From NCBI GenBank assembly GCA_026770705.1, contig JANJGN010000005.1, forward strand, positions 26,040,001-26,104,000: a stretch of 64,000 nucleotides of DNA, given 5' to 3'. This DNA comes from Isurus oxyrinchus. Its lineage: Eukaryota. This document shows, in pieces, positions 22,570-35,670 of this stretch. The position numbers and the translations under genes are program-made. Within the stretch, counting starts at the first letter, position 1; the number at the start of each line of letters is the position of its first letter. Below the pieces are notes generated by a model, which was not told the origin of the DNA, did no database searches, and was given only the letters and a program-made list of their open reading frames with translations.

Positions 22570-24656
22570 CAAGGTTTTTCCTCACATCCCCCCACTAAAC
22601 CTCCTGTCCCTCACCTTGAACTTATGTCCCCTTGTGACTGACTCTTCAACTAAGGAGAACAGCTGCTCCCTATCCACCCTGTCCATGCCCCTCAAAATCT
22701 TGTACACCTCTATCAGGTCGTCCCTCAGTCTTCTCTGCTCCAATGATAACAACCCAAGTCTTTCCAATCTCTTCATAACTTGAATGTTTCATCCCAGGCA
22801 ACATCCTGGTGAATCTCCTCTGCACCCCCTCCAGTGCAATCACATCCTTCCTATAATTTGGTGACCAGAACTGCACACAGTACTCCAGCTGTGGCCTCAC
22901 CAAGGTTCTATACAACTCCAACATGACCTCCCTACATTTGTAATCTATGCCTCAATTGATAAAGGCAAGTGTCCCATATGCCTTTTTCACCACCGTACTA
23001 ACATGCCCCTCTGCCTTCAGAGATCTATGGACACACACGGCAAGGTCCCTTTGTTCCTCAGAACTTCCTAGCGTCATGCCATTCATTGAATACTTCCTTA
23101 TCAAATTATTCCTTCCAAAGCGTATCACCTCACACTTTTCAGGATTAAATTCCATCTGCCACTTATCTGCCCATTTGACCATCCCGTCTATACCTTCCTG
23201 TAGCCCAAGACACTTAACCTCACTGTTAACCACCTGGCCAATCTTTGTGTCATTCGCAAGCTTACTAATTCTACCCCCAACATAGTCAGCTATGTGGTTT
23301 ATATAAATGACAAATAATAGGGGACTGAGCACAGGTCCCTGTGGTACACCAATGGACACTGGCTTCCAGTCACTAAAGCATCTTTCTGTCATCACCCTCT
23401 GCCTCCTACAACTAAGCCAATTTTGAATCCACCTTATCAAATTACCTGGTATCTCATGTGCCTTTGCCTTATTTATAAGTCTCCCACGTGGGACCTTGTC
23501 AAAGGCTTTGCTGAAATCCATATAAACTACATCAACTGCACTACCCTCATCTACACACCTGGTCACCTCCTCAAAAAATTCAATCAAATTTGTTAGGCAT
23601 GACCTCCCTCTGACAAAGCCATGCTGACTATCCCTGATCAATCCTTGCCTCTCCAAGTGGAGATAGATACTCTCCTTCAGAACTTTCTCCAATAGTTTCC
23701 CTACCACTGACGTGAGACTCACTGGCCCGTAGTTCCCTGACCTATCTCTACAACCCTTCTTATATAGCGGAACCACATTAGCTGTTCTCCAGTCCTCTGG
23801 CACCTCCCTCGTGGACAAAGAGGAATTAAAAATTTGGGTCAGAGCCCCTGCAATCTCCTCCCTTGCCTCCCTCAGCTGTCTGGGACCTGAAGATCTGTCC
23901 ACTTTTAAGCCTGCCAAAACCTCCAATACTTTGTCACACCCTATATCAATTTGTTTAAGAACCTCGCCATCTCTCTCCTCGAGTTCAACATCTTTATCCT
24001 CATTCTCTTGGGTGAAGATGGATGTGAAGTATTCATTCAACACTCTAGCGATATCCTCTGGCTCCACCCATAGATTGTCCCCTTGGTCCCTTATGGGCCC
24101 TACTCTTTCCCTGGTTATCCTCTACCCATTGATATACTTATAGAATATCTTGGGATTTTCCCTACTTTTACCAGCCAGACCTTTCTCATATCCCTCTTTG
24201 CTCTCCTAATTGCTTTCTTAAGCTCCACCCTGCACTCTCTGTACTCCACTAATGCCTCTGCTGATTTGCTTCCCTTGTACCTGCTAAAAGCCTCTTTTCC
24301 TTCTCATCGTATCCTGACTATTTCTGGTCATCCATGGTTCTCTGGGCCTGTTATTCCTTCCTATCACCCTAGAGGGAAAACAATGAGCCTGTACCCTCTC
24401 CATTTCCTTTTTGAACAGCCCCCATTGTTCCTCTGTAGATTCCCCCACAAGTAGCTGTTCCCAGTCTACATTGGCCAGATCCTGCCTTATTTTACTAAAA
24501 TCCACTCTCCCCCAATCCAAAACATTTTTTTGCAACTTGTCGATTTCTTTGTCCTTAACAAACTTAAATTGTACTATGTTGTGGTCGCTATCGCTAAAAT
24601 GCTCCCTTATCACCACCTCAGCCACCTGTCCGGCTTCATTCCCCAGAATTAGGTCC
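22570..24656 (-). mobile_element. CR1 LINE, 5'-truncated, with the longest RT remnant in the window (371 aa ORF 22952-24067)
   Basis: VDVVYMDFSKAFDKV, GVPQGPVLSP and [13 protein letters not shown] motifs. The catalytic (F/Y)ADD has decayed to LAND, so the copy is inactive. Confidence 0.93.
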
Positions 24657-24820
24657 AGCAGCCCACCTGCCATCGAAATGGCGTTTATCCCAGGAATGTA
24701 TAATTAATGCAGTGGGTTTGGGAAGATACGGTGTGAAAAGCCACCATTGCGGCCAGCGGGTAAAACGTTGTTTTACCATGCCGCTACCGCACTTAGTGCG
24801 AATCTGGGACAATTCCACCC
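24657..24820 (-). mobile_element. Harbinger terminal fragment homologous to 63090-63225
   Basis: The reverse complement GGGTGGAATTGTCCCAGATTCGCACTAAGTGCGGTAGCGG aligns with GGGCTAAATCACTCCAGATTTGCACTAATTGCGTTAGCGG at ~63090. Confidence 0.65.
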
Positions 24821-25264
24821 AATGTTAACTCGTGCAATGGACAGCACAACTAGAAGCCATCAAATAAGATAATCACCAAGAAATCCAATAGAGGATTCAG
24901 AAGACATTCCTTCACCCAAAGAGTTGTAAGAATGTGGAACTTACTATTACAGGGAGTGGTTCAAGCAAATGGTATGGTTGCACTTAAAAGGAAGCTAGAC
25001 AAGCGTGTGAGGGAGAAGGAAATATAGAGTTAGGATTTAGAACAGGAGAGATGAGAGGGGGCTTCAGTCTGTTTTTTATTCTTTAATAGGGCGTGGGCAT
25101 GGCTGGCTAGGCCAGCATTAATACTGGACTGAATGGCCTGCTTCAGTGCTGTACATCCCACCTAATCCAGCCATGAATGATGCTGTACAATTCTGTAATT
25201 AACAACAAGAGGTGGATCCATGAACATCCCAATCCTCAATGAATGTGATGCTCAGCACTTTTGT

Positions 25265-27230
25265 GCCATAAGGGCAATTATGAAGGCATGAAAGCAGAGC
25301 TAGCTAAAGTGGACTGGCAAATGAGGTTAAGGGATAGTTCAATAGAGAGGCAGTGGCAGATATTTAAATGGATAAATTGTTGAGAGTTGCAGGCTGACAA
25401 GTCCCCAGTCATGATGGACTAGGCTCTTAAAAGAAGTGGCTGGTGAGACAGTTGATGTGTTGGTTTTAATTTTCCAAAATTCCCTAGATTCGGGCATTGT
25501 TCCACTAGATTGGAAAACAGTGAGCATAACTCCTTTACTCAAAAAGGGAGGGAGCCAAAAAGCAGGAAACTACAGCCCAGTTAGCTGAACATTTTTCATA
25601 GGGAAAATGTTCGAAACTATTCTTAAAGATGTTATAGTATGGCACTTAGATAAATTCAAGGGAATCAGGCAGAGTCAACATGCTGTGAAGTAATGTGCTA
25701 TAGATAAGGGGGAACTGATGGATGTGTACTTAGATTTCCAGAAGGCATTTGATAAAGTGCCACATCAAAGGTTATTGTGGAAAATAATCTCATGGTGTAG
25801 GGGGTAACATATTGGCATGGATAGAAGATTGGCTGACTAACAGGAAACAGAAAGTAGGTACAAATGGGTCATTTTCTGGTTGGAAAGATGTAATGAGTGG
25901 TGTGCCACAGGGATCAGTGCTGGGACCTCAATATTTTACAATTTATATAAATGAGTTGGATGAAGGGACTAAAGGTATGGCTGCTAAATTTGCTGATGGT
26001 ACAAAGATAGGTAGGAAAGTAAGTTGTGAAGAGGACATGAGGAAGCTACAAGGGGACATAAGTGGGTTAAGTGAGTGGACAAAGATCTGGAAAATGGAGA
26101 ATGACGCGGGAAACAGTGAAATTGTCCATTTTGGCAGGAAGAATAAAAAAGAAGCATATTATCTAAATGGTGAGAGAACACAGACCTCCGTGATGCAAAG
26201 GGATCTGGGTGTCCTAGCGCATACAAGTAATTAGGAAAACTAATAGAATGTTATCATTTATTGCAAGGGGAATTCAACACAAACGTAGGGAGGTTGTGCT
26301 TCCATTATACAGGGCATTGGTTAGACCACAACTGGAGTACTGTGTACAGTATTGGTCTCCTTATTTAAGGAAGGATGCAAATGTATTGGAAGCAGTTTCA
26401 GAGAAGGTGTACTAGACTAATACATGGGTTGTCTCATGAGGAAAGGTTGGACAGGCTAGGCTTGCATCCGCTGGAGCTTAGAAGAGTAAGAGGCAACTTA
26501 AATGAAACATTTAAGATCCTGAGGTGTCTTTTTTTCATTTATTCTTCCATGGATTGTGGGTATTGCTATTGTCCATCCTCAATTTCCCTTGAACTGCGTA
26601 ACTGGCCACATCATGTCAGAGGGAAGTTAAGAGTCAACCACATTGCTGTGGGTCTGGATTCAGGTAAGGATGGTAGATTTCCTTCTCTAAACGTCATTAG
26701 TGAACCAGAAGGGTTTTTACAACAATTAGATATTACTGAGACTAGCTTTTCAATTCCAGATTATTTGGATTTAAATTCCGCAAATTGCGATGTTGGGATT
26801 TGAACCCGTGTCCATAGAACATTAACCTGGGCTTCTGGATTATTAGCTCAGCGACATTACACTAGGCCACTGCTATTTCTCCCTTAACAGGGCGGACGTG
26901 GAGAGGATGTTTCCTCTTGTGGGAGAATCTAGAACGAGGGGTCGCTGTTTAAAAATTAGGGTCAGCCATTTAAGACATGAGGAGAAATTTTTTCTCTCAG
27001 AAGGTCACGAGTCTTTGGATCTTTCTTCCTCAAAGGGTGGCGGGAGCACAGTCTTTGAATATTTTTAAGGCAGAGCTAGATAAATTTGCGATAAGCAAGG
27101 TGGTGAAAGTTTATCAGGGATACGTGGAATGTGGAGTTGACGTTACAATCCGATCAGCCATGATCTTATTGAATAGTGGACCAGGCTCAAGGGGCCAAGT
27201 GGCCTACTCCTGCTCCTAATTCATCTGTTT
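25265..27230 (+). mobile_element. CR1 LINE, decayed, with SINE insertion
   Basis: WIEDWL...SGVPQGSVLGP...KFADGTK (ORF 25812-26234). 3' tail GGCCAAGTGGCCTACTCCTGCTCCTAATTC. Confidence 0.9.
26527..26880 (-). mobile_element. tRNA-SINE (same family as 12050)
   Basis: Reverse-complement match to 12050-12422. It interrupts the CR1. Confidence 0.8.
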
Positions 27231-27239
27231 ATATGTATG

Positions 27240-28847
27240 CACAAAAGTGAAGACCAAAGCATCTACAATCACCTTCAGCCAGTGTTGCCAAGTGGCAGAT
27301 TCTTTTGGCATCTTCTTGAGGTCCCCACCATCACATATGCCAGTCTTCAGCCTATTCAATTTACTACGCGTGATATCAAGAAACAGCTGAGTGCGCTGAA
27401 CATTGAAAAGGCTACAGAGTCCAACAACATCCCTGCATCTGATCCAGAACTAGTGTTGCCTTGAGCCAAGCTGATCCAATAAAATGACAACACTGGCATT
27501 TACCCAACATTGTGGAATATTGCTCAAGTATGTCCTGTCAACGAAAAGCAGGCCAAGTCCAATGCAGTCAATTACCACCCCATCAGTCTACTCTCCATTA
27601 TCATAAATGTGATGGAAAGACTGGTCAACACTGTATTAAAGATGGTACATACTTAGCAATAACCTGCTCACCATTGCTCAGTTTGGGCTCCATAAGGATC
27701 AGTCTGGTCCAGACCTCATTACAACCTTTGTTAAAACAAAGGTAAGGTGAGCTGAGAGAGACTGCCCTTGATATTAAGAAGCATTTGACTAAATGTGACA
27801 TCAAGGAGCCCTAACACACCGGAAGTCAATAGGGATCATAGGAAAACCTCACTAGTGGCTGGAGCCATGCCCAACAGAAAGGGCTCACTGGAGACCAAGC
27901 ATCTCGACCCCATCACATTGCTGCTGGTATTTCCTCCAGGTAGTGTCCAAGGACCAACCATCTTCGGCTGTTTCAATGAGCTTTCCTCCATCATGTGGTC
28001 AGAAGTGAGTCTTTTCACTGATGATTGCACAGTGTTCAGCTCTACTTGGAATTCTTCAGATAATGAGGCAGCCCTTTCTTACATGTAGGAAAGCTTGGAG
28101 AACAACCACGCTTGGGTGATAAGTGGCCAGTCACTTTAATGCCACACAAGCATCAGGCAATTAACAGTTCCAACAAGAGAGAGAGTAACCACCTGCCCTT
28201 GATATTCAAGGGCGTTACTATGATCAAGTGCTGCCTCCCCACCCCCGCCAACATCAACATCCTGGGGTCACACCACTGACCAGAAACTGAAATGGACCAG
28301 CCACGTAAGTGCCATGGATACTAAAGCAGATCTGGGTAAGTGGCTCACTTTCTGACTTTCCAAAGTCTCTCCATCACCTGCGAGGCACAGGGAAGGAGTG
28401 TGATGGGCAACACTGAAGAAGCCCATCAACCTCCAAGACAAAGTTGATCATATCCACTTCCATTCATCTAAACATCATCCAACCCTTCCATCAACAGCAT
28501 ACAGTGGCTGCACTGTCTACAAAATGCACTGTAGCAAGTACAGAGGCTTCACTGACAACACCTTAAAAACACATGTCCTCCACCAACTCGAAGGAAAGGA
28601 CAACAGAAGCATGGGAACGCTATTAGCTCCAAGTTCCCATCCAAGTCATACACCATCCTGACTTGGAATTAGATCACCATTTCTTCACTGTCACGACGTC
28701 AAAATGCTGAAACTCCCTTCCTAACAGCCACATGGGCTAAGTGATTCAAGAAGGCAGCTCACTATCACCTTCTCAGGGTAGCTAGGGATGGGCAATGGAA
28801 CCTGATTTGACAGTGGTGCCCCCATTCTGGAAACAATTAAAAAAAAA
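27240..28847 (+). mobile_element. Old LINE family B copy
   Basis: SLQPIQFT, PPGSVQGP and FTDD peptides. Ends in the family tail plus an A-run. Confidence 0.8.
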
Positions 28848-31094
28848 TATAAGTCTGTTTATCAGCAACCTCCCTCAATGCAGCTGCACCACTAATTTTA
28901 ACAGAATAAGGCCACCCTACCATAGTGCACCTCCTGCCTGAAAGGGAACATCTTCATACATCCCTGTCTTGCCATTGTGACTAAAACTAAATTGTTCTGT
29001 GCTGGCCAGAATCCTCTCTTTCATGGCTTGCTGCAGCCCTTTAAGAGCTGCTATCTCACTGGAATTTTCCATTCTTCAATCAAGTTTGTAAATTGATCAA
29101 GCTCTGTCTCTGTTCAAGCTTTTGCTGCATCCCTAGCCTATTCAAATTAGGAGGGGGGATTCCAAAAAAATTAACCTGTGCCTTTGACAAGCATTGACAA
29201 GCCTGGACATTAGGCTAGCTCAATCCCATCAGCAGAAAATTGGCACTGGCGAGTCAATTTAAAAACAATACAGGCAGATTGGCCTGATTCCCACAGTTCA
29301 TGCTAATAAGCACATCCGGAAGAAGAGTGAACAATATGGATAAGAAGAAATTTGCATGAAAAAGGGTTTGTATGAAAAGGAAGATTTTCATTGACCTGTT
29401 CCTGGATGTAAGACAATATTGGCGCATCTTTTCCGTTGTATTAATTACAAAGATGCAGTGTATTTCATATGACTTGGAAAAGAGTGCTTGGTTTAGCAAG
29501 GCACCTACACATGACAAACACGCTGGAAAATACAGACGGTGAGACCTCATATAACCAATAGATGGCGGTGTAGCATAGTTCTATCACATATACGAACAAC
29601 AGCAACAATTCTTGTTTGAAAGATAGATGAGCAGAACGTGCAATAAGTTCAAAATGAGGATACTTCTACAATGCAAGAATATCAGACTCTGGGATACGCT
29701 AGCATGGCCACCCAAAGTGAATTTCATCCCCTTTCTTTCATCTCAAGATGCTTATACTTGTACTTTGGTGCCAGACAGAATCACAAAACTCCCAATGGGG
29801 ACACCTGGCAGTTCATTTTACACCCCATCTGACTTTACTCCCTATTGATTTCAATGAAATATAAGATCATGGGTTGTGTGTAAAATAGGTGAACGATTTG
29901 ATCCCATCAGTTTCCAGCTGGGATAGGTAGGGTAAAATTACCTCCACCCCACCCCAGCAATGACTTTGTTGACTGACCTTTATTGACAATTAGCAAGAAA
30001 GAGTTAATTAATTCACTCAGTAAGTACTTTACTGTCCAGGGCTCAGGTGAATCCATCTGATGTAAGGCCATTTTGGTGAGCAAAATCTAGGCACCGTTAA
30101 CCCCAAGGAATGGACAGGGTGGTAAACCCCAGTCAGTTCCTTGATGAGGAGTTAAGATGAAGAAATGAAGAGTTTTTCTGATGTCTTTGATAAATATTGT
30201 TATTGGGATATTAATCCCAGTGTTTTTTTTACAACACTGCCACCCTGTGCAAATATGTCCACATAGGACATTTCACATTTGAGCATAATCATGCTCCAAA
30301 ACTCAGGGGAACCCACAGTGCTCATCACCCGCATCCAGTGTAATCCTGTCAATGCAACGGAGCCACATAAAACGAAATGTAATCCTCAGGAGTAGAAACT
30401 GTCACTTTAACTGAAACACACTCCGAGCTCACGGATTTTAAGAAAACATTTCTTCGACAAAGTTGAATAATTTCCATAGCTTTTTTTTTGAAAGTGAATT
30501 TTGCACTTATTGAAGCAACGGATGTTTGTGCTGGAGAATGGAACACTTTCCACTTTAGGTACCAAGTATCTCCATTATTCACCCCCAAATCAGGGAAAAG
30601 AAGGCTAAAGCTCCCTCAACTAACAATACGTTTCTGCTCCATTCAGAGCAAAGAAAGAAACCAGTTCCCAACCAAACCGAGTTTTAAAATATCACTGACT
30701 TAAGGCATCGGATAGTATCTCTTTTTCCCTGTTTAAAATTTAAAATCTTGACTTTGTGACAACCTTCACCTTTGTTAACTGCACTGAAACACTATGATTG
30801 TGTGTTCTCCTTTGAGCGGGATAGTGTTCGTGCAGGATGGTACTCAACATTAAAAAAGACTGCAGTCTAAGAAAGACTCCATTGTGTGAAACTCTTTGTG
30901 ACCACTGGGACGTAATAAAGTAGTTTACAAATGTAAGCATTCAATACTGATCTCCAAACCCTGGCAGTGAGATTGGGTTAGCAACCTGCTCCTTCAATTC
31001 GACAGTTTAATAACCATCCATAGAAGCGGCAGTGCAACAGCTCAGGAAAGCTCACCCTCCAGTTTTGCCCTGCTCCCCACAAGGCAATTATAAT

Positions 31095-33885
31095 GGTCAG
31101 AATTTTTAGCTCATTAGGCGGGCGTGCGCCAGCCCGGCCAAGGATAAAATGAGGTGCGATGATGTCGGGGGAGCATCCCAGTGCACGATATTTCTGTCAG
31201 CAGGCGTGCGCTGGAGTCGGCAGCACGTCCTAAAGGTGTTTAAAGGTCCTTACGTTGGCGGGCAAGCGAAAAGGCCAAAAGGCCTTTGCATTTTTCAGGA
31301 AACCTCATCCAAGGGCAGGATGAAGTTTTCAACAGCAAATAAAAATAAAATAAAAATTTTAACATTTAATTTATAACCTGTCCCTGCTCAGGTGACAAAG
31401 TCACATTAAGGTTCATGTTTTATAACATTTTTCAAATCTTCATTTTTGATGATTTAAACTGTTCATCTCCCTGAGGCGGCTCTGTGCCTTGGGGAGGGAG
31501 AGTTTCAAGCGCACACCTGAGTGCATGTGTGAACTTGCAGTCTCGCACCCCCGCCCACCCCTCCCACTCCCCTCCCCACCCCGCTCCCCTCCCCTCCCAA
31601 CCCTGCTCCCCTCCAACCCTGCTACCTCATGCCTCCGCTCCACCATGCCCCCACACCCCACTCCCTGACCCACCCTTCTCCCCCCGACCCCGCTCCCCAC
31701 CCCACCCCAACCTCTCCCCCCCCTACCCCGCTCCCCTCCCCACCCTGCTCCGCTCCCACCCATCTCCCCACCCCACTCCCCTCTCCGCTCCGCTCCCCAC
31801 CCTGCTCCCCCGCCACCCCCGATCCCCAGCCCGCAACACCCCCACCCTGCTCCCCTCCCCACCCCGCTCCCCAGCCCGCAACCCCCCCCATCCCGCTCCC
31901 CTCCCATCCCCACCCCGCAACCCCCCCATTCCGCTCCCCTCCCCTCCCCACCCCGCTCCCCAGCCCGCAACCCCCCACCCCGCTTCCCTCCCCACCCTGC
32001 TCCCCTCCCCACCCAGCTCCCCTCCCCACCCCGCTCCCCTCCCCACCAACCTCTCCGCTCTGCTCCCCACCCTCCCCATCACCCCGCTCCCCCCCCACCC
32101 CGCTCCCCAGCCCGCAACCCCCCACCCCGCTCCCTAGCCCACTCCCCCACAACCCGCTCACACCCCACCCCACTCCCCTCTCCCCCCACCCCACTCAGCC
32201 CACCACCCCACTCACCTCCCCACTCTCCCCCCACCCCTGCTCCTCACCCCACTCTCCCCCACCACTCTGCTCCCCACCCCACTCTCCCCCCCAACCCTGC
32301 TCCCCACCCCACTCTCCCCTCCACCCTGCTCCCCACCCCACTCTCCCCTCCACCCTGCTCCCCACCCCACTCTCCCCTCCACCCTGCTCCCCACCCCACT
32401 CTCCCCTCCACCCTGCTCCCCACCCTACCCCACTCTCCCCCCCACCCGGCTCCCCACCCCATCTCCCCTCCACCCTGCTCCCCACCTGACTCTCCCCTCC
32501 CACCCTGCTCCCCACCCCACTCTCCCCTCCACCGTGCTCCCCACCCCACTCTCCCCTCCACCGTGCTCCCCACTCCACTCTCCCCTCCACCGTGCTCCCC
32601 ACTCCACTCTCCCCTCCACCGTGCTCCCCACCCCACTCTCCCCTCCACCCTGCACCCCACCCCACTCTCCCCCCCACCCTGCTCCCCACCCCACTCACCC
32701 CTCCACCCTGCTCCCCACCCCACTCTCCCCTCCCACCCTGCTCCCCACCCCACTCTCCCCTCCACCCTGCTCCCCACCCCACTCTCCCCTCCCACCCTGC
32801 TCCCGACCCCACTCTCCCCTCCACCCTGCTCCCCACCCCACTCCACCCTGCTCCCCACCCCACTCTCCCCTCCCACCCTGCTCCCCACCCCACTCTCCCC
32901 TCCACCCTGCTCCCCACCCCATTCTCCCCTCCACCCTGCTCCCCACCCCATTCTCCCCTCCACCCTGCTCCCCACCCCACTCTCCCCTCCACCCTGCTCC
33001 CCACCCCATCTCCCCTCCACCCTGCTCCCCACCCCACTCTCCCCTCCCACCCTGCTCCCCACCCCACTCTCCCCTCCACCCTGCACCCCACCCCATCTCC
33101 CCTCCACCCTGCTCCCCACCCCACTCTCCCCTCCCACCCTGCTCTCCACCCCACTCTCCCCTCCACCCTGCTCCCCACCCCACTCTCCCCTCCACCCTGC
33201 ACCCCACCCCATCTCCCCTCCACCCTGCTCCCCACCCCACTCTCCCCTCCCACCCTGCTCTCCACCCCACTCTCCCCTCCACCCTGCTCCCCACCCCACT
33301 CTCCCCTCCCACCCTGCTCTCCACCCCACTCTCCCCTCCACCCTGCTCCCCACCCCACTCTCCCCTCCACCCTGCACCGCACACCATCTCCCCTCCACCC
33401 TGCTCCCCACCCCACTCTCCCCTCCACCCTGCTCCCCACCCCACTTTCCCCTCCACCCTGCTCCCCACCCCACTCTCACCTCCCACCCTGCTCCCCACCC
33501 CACTTTCCCCTCCACCCTGCTCCCCACCCCACTCTCACTCCCACCCTGCTCCCCACCCCATTCTCCCCTCCACCCTGCTCCCCAACCCACTCTCCCCCCA
33601 ACCCTGCTCCCCACCCCACTCTCACCTCCCATCCTGCTCCCCACCCCATTCTCCCCTCCACCCTGCTCCCCAACCCACTCTCCCCCCCACCCTGCTCCCC
33701 ACCCCATTCTCCCCCCAACCCCACTCTCCCCCACTCCCCCACTCTGCTCCCCCACATAGGCAGTGCTGCCGTGTGCATTTGGCCCACCCAGCATGAAATC
33801 ACAGTCCGGCCCCGATCGCGGGTGGCGCCCGGCTTCCCCAATCACCCCCACCCGCCCCCGTCCAACAAGGGAAAAATCCCCCCCC
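31095..33885. mobile_element. CpG-rich Harbinger-type non-autonomous element hosting a minisatellite
   Basis: Ends GGTCAGAATTTT ... AAAAATCCCCCC resemble the other GGGnnGAATTTT termini in the window. CpG-rich arms flank the array. Confidence 0.5.
31548..33755. repeat. C-rich minisatellite, main unit 29 bp (CCACCCTGCTCCCCACCCCACTCTCCCCT)
   Basis: Directly visible tandem array. ~32270-33700 is homogeneous (29-30 bp variants) and ~31548-32160 is more heterogeneous and CpG-containing. Confidence 0.97.
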
Positions 33886-34321
33886 ATATGTGAGCTATAG
33901 TTAATGATTCAAGGATGATCGCCTGGAATGCTCATAGCAAGTATGTTCCTAGTTTGATTATTTCATTCACTTCTCAATTTATTTTAATCTGCAAAAGCCT
34001 CTGCAACATCCTCCAGAGAACCCTTCACTTGGGGAGTTCACAGACAGACATCTGTACCAGGGTGGGCAAACGTCTCAGCCGGAGGGCCACATCTGTGTAT
34101 GGAAATTGTATAGGGGCAAGCCATATGAGCAGTTATAGTAAAGATTCATTTTCGTATAATTAAGCATGTAAACTTCATTACATGATAATTATACCATCAT
34201 AACAACACATTGCACACAATAATGAAACCAAATACACCCCATTTTCTTTCGCCCTCTTGGCTGAATGTGAACAATGCAGTTGGTCACCCCTCCTACAATG
34301 GTATCAAAGTTTGGTACCATG

Positions 34322-34415
34322 CTTTTTCTCTCCACAAGTGCTTTCTGACTTGCTGAGTACTTCCAGCATTTTCTGTTTTTATTTCAGACTTCCAGAATCT
34401 GCAATCTTTTATTTT
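34322..34415 (+). mobile_element. PLE pseudo-LTR 3' remnant
   Basis: TCTCTCCACAAGTGCTTTCTGACTTGCTGAGTACTTCCAGCATTTTCTGTTTTTATTTCAGA. Confidence 0.6.
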
Positions 34416-34949
34416 TCTCTTGTCAACATAAATATTACTTTACTGTGATCTACAGTGTGGTGTTACAAGAGACACCAAGGGGAAAACAGCAAAGAAAAGA
34501 GAGAGAAAATGTGGAGAGACCAAAAGGCATCTGGAGGCAGTCAGCATATCACATGGGGTGTACAGTGACCTGCATCTCTTACCCCTCATTCCTATAGCTG
34601 GGATTTAATTCCTCACAGCACATTTTAAATCAACCTGTAATCTTTTCCACATCTCTTCGGCAACATGTTCCTAATCTTCAATTTCTCAAAACCTAAGCCT
34701 ACACACTCTTCATTTTCTATGGCATTCATCATCGTTCACCTAAAAATCTAAACCTTAGCTGCAGATCTAGCAGGAACCAAAAATACTTTTCCAACTTTTA
34801 TTTTCGGAAGTGCATAAACAGCTAATCTCTGAGATTATTCAGTCGCGTATGTTTTGGGACTTGGCAGGCAGCAGCATTCACACTTCAATATTTCAATCCC
34901 TTGTTCTCTAGTAGAATTGAAGGTCATGTTTTTGCCAAGCCCACAAATC

Positions 34950-35170
34950 TATTAGCCTCTGATTCTTTTGCCAAATGCCTTAAATCTGTGACCTACAGTT
35001 AGCGAGCCTTCTGCCAGGAGAAATAATTTCTCCTTATTTATCTAAGCCATATTCATGATTCACACACCTCTAGTAAATCTACTCTTAACTTTCTCTGTTC
35101 TAAGGAGAACAGTCCCAGCTTCTCTCATCTGTTCACTTAACTGAAGTTCCACATCGCTGCTACCATTATC
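34950..35170 (-). mobile_element. CR1 fragment
   Basis: TCTAAGGAGAACAGTCCCAGCTTCTC...TAACTGAAGTTCC, the reverse complement of the LGLFSLE region. Confidence 0.6.
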
Positions 35171-35294
35171 AATGCGGCTGTTACAAATGGAATTTATTAT
35201 TTAAAATTTTACAGGATCTACACAAGGATACAATTTCTTTTAAACATGGTGGTTAAAGGCACTGTTCAGTGTGTTACAATACTATTCCTGTGCT

Positions 35295-35670
35295 ACTACT
35301 ATGCTTTACTCGGAACTCAAGCTTGGCAGGAGGCTCCCAAGAGGACAGTGGAAACACTTTAGGCACGTCCTCAAAGCGTCCCTGCAGAGGTCAAACATTC
35401 CTGCCGGGAGACCCTGCCTTGTGGCCAATCAAAATGGAGAAGGCTCAATTGGGAAGGCACCATACACATTGAGAGACTTCGTCACAAACGTGCAGAAGCA
35501 CAAAGCTCCAAAGAACTTTTCTACCCAACCCTTTAAGCACCACTTGCCCTGCACGTGACAAAGCCTTCAGATTGCACACTGGACTTGTCAGCCATCTCAG
35601 AATCTCATCAAACCAGAGTGGAAGCAAGGCATCCTCCATCCCGAGTGACTGCCTAAGCAGGAGGAAGAGA
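35295..35670 (+). mobile_element. RTE-clade LINE 3' fragment
   Basis: LYSELKLGRRLPRGQWKHFRHVLKASL, matching the RTE LYGEL..G.R..G.Q.KR..D.LK motif. Confidence 0.7.

Noticed and set aside
22952-24067. 371-aa reverse transcriptase ORF as a functional or domesticated gene
   Set aside because: The catalytic motif is mutated (LAND), the flanks are frameshifted and the element is truncated. It is an ordinary dead CR1.
31548-33755. CRISPR-like array of ~29-bp repeats
   Set aside because: There are no unique spacers and no cas genes, and the context is a eukaryotic intron. It is a simple tandem repeat.
31440-33893. Long Pro-rich and Gly/Trp-rich ORFs (up to 547 aa) on both strands
   Set aside because: They are artefacts of a stop-free 29-bp minisatellite and are open in nearly all frames.
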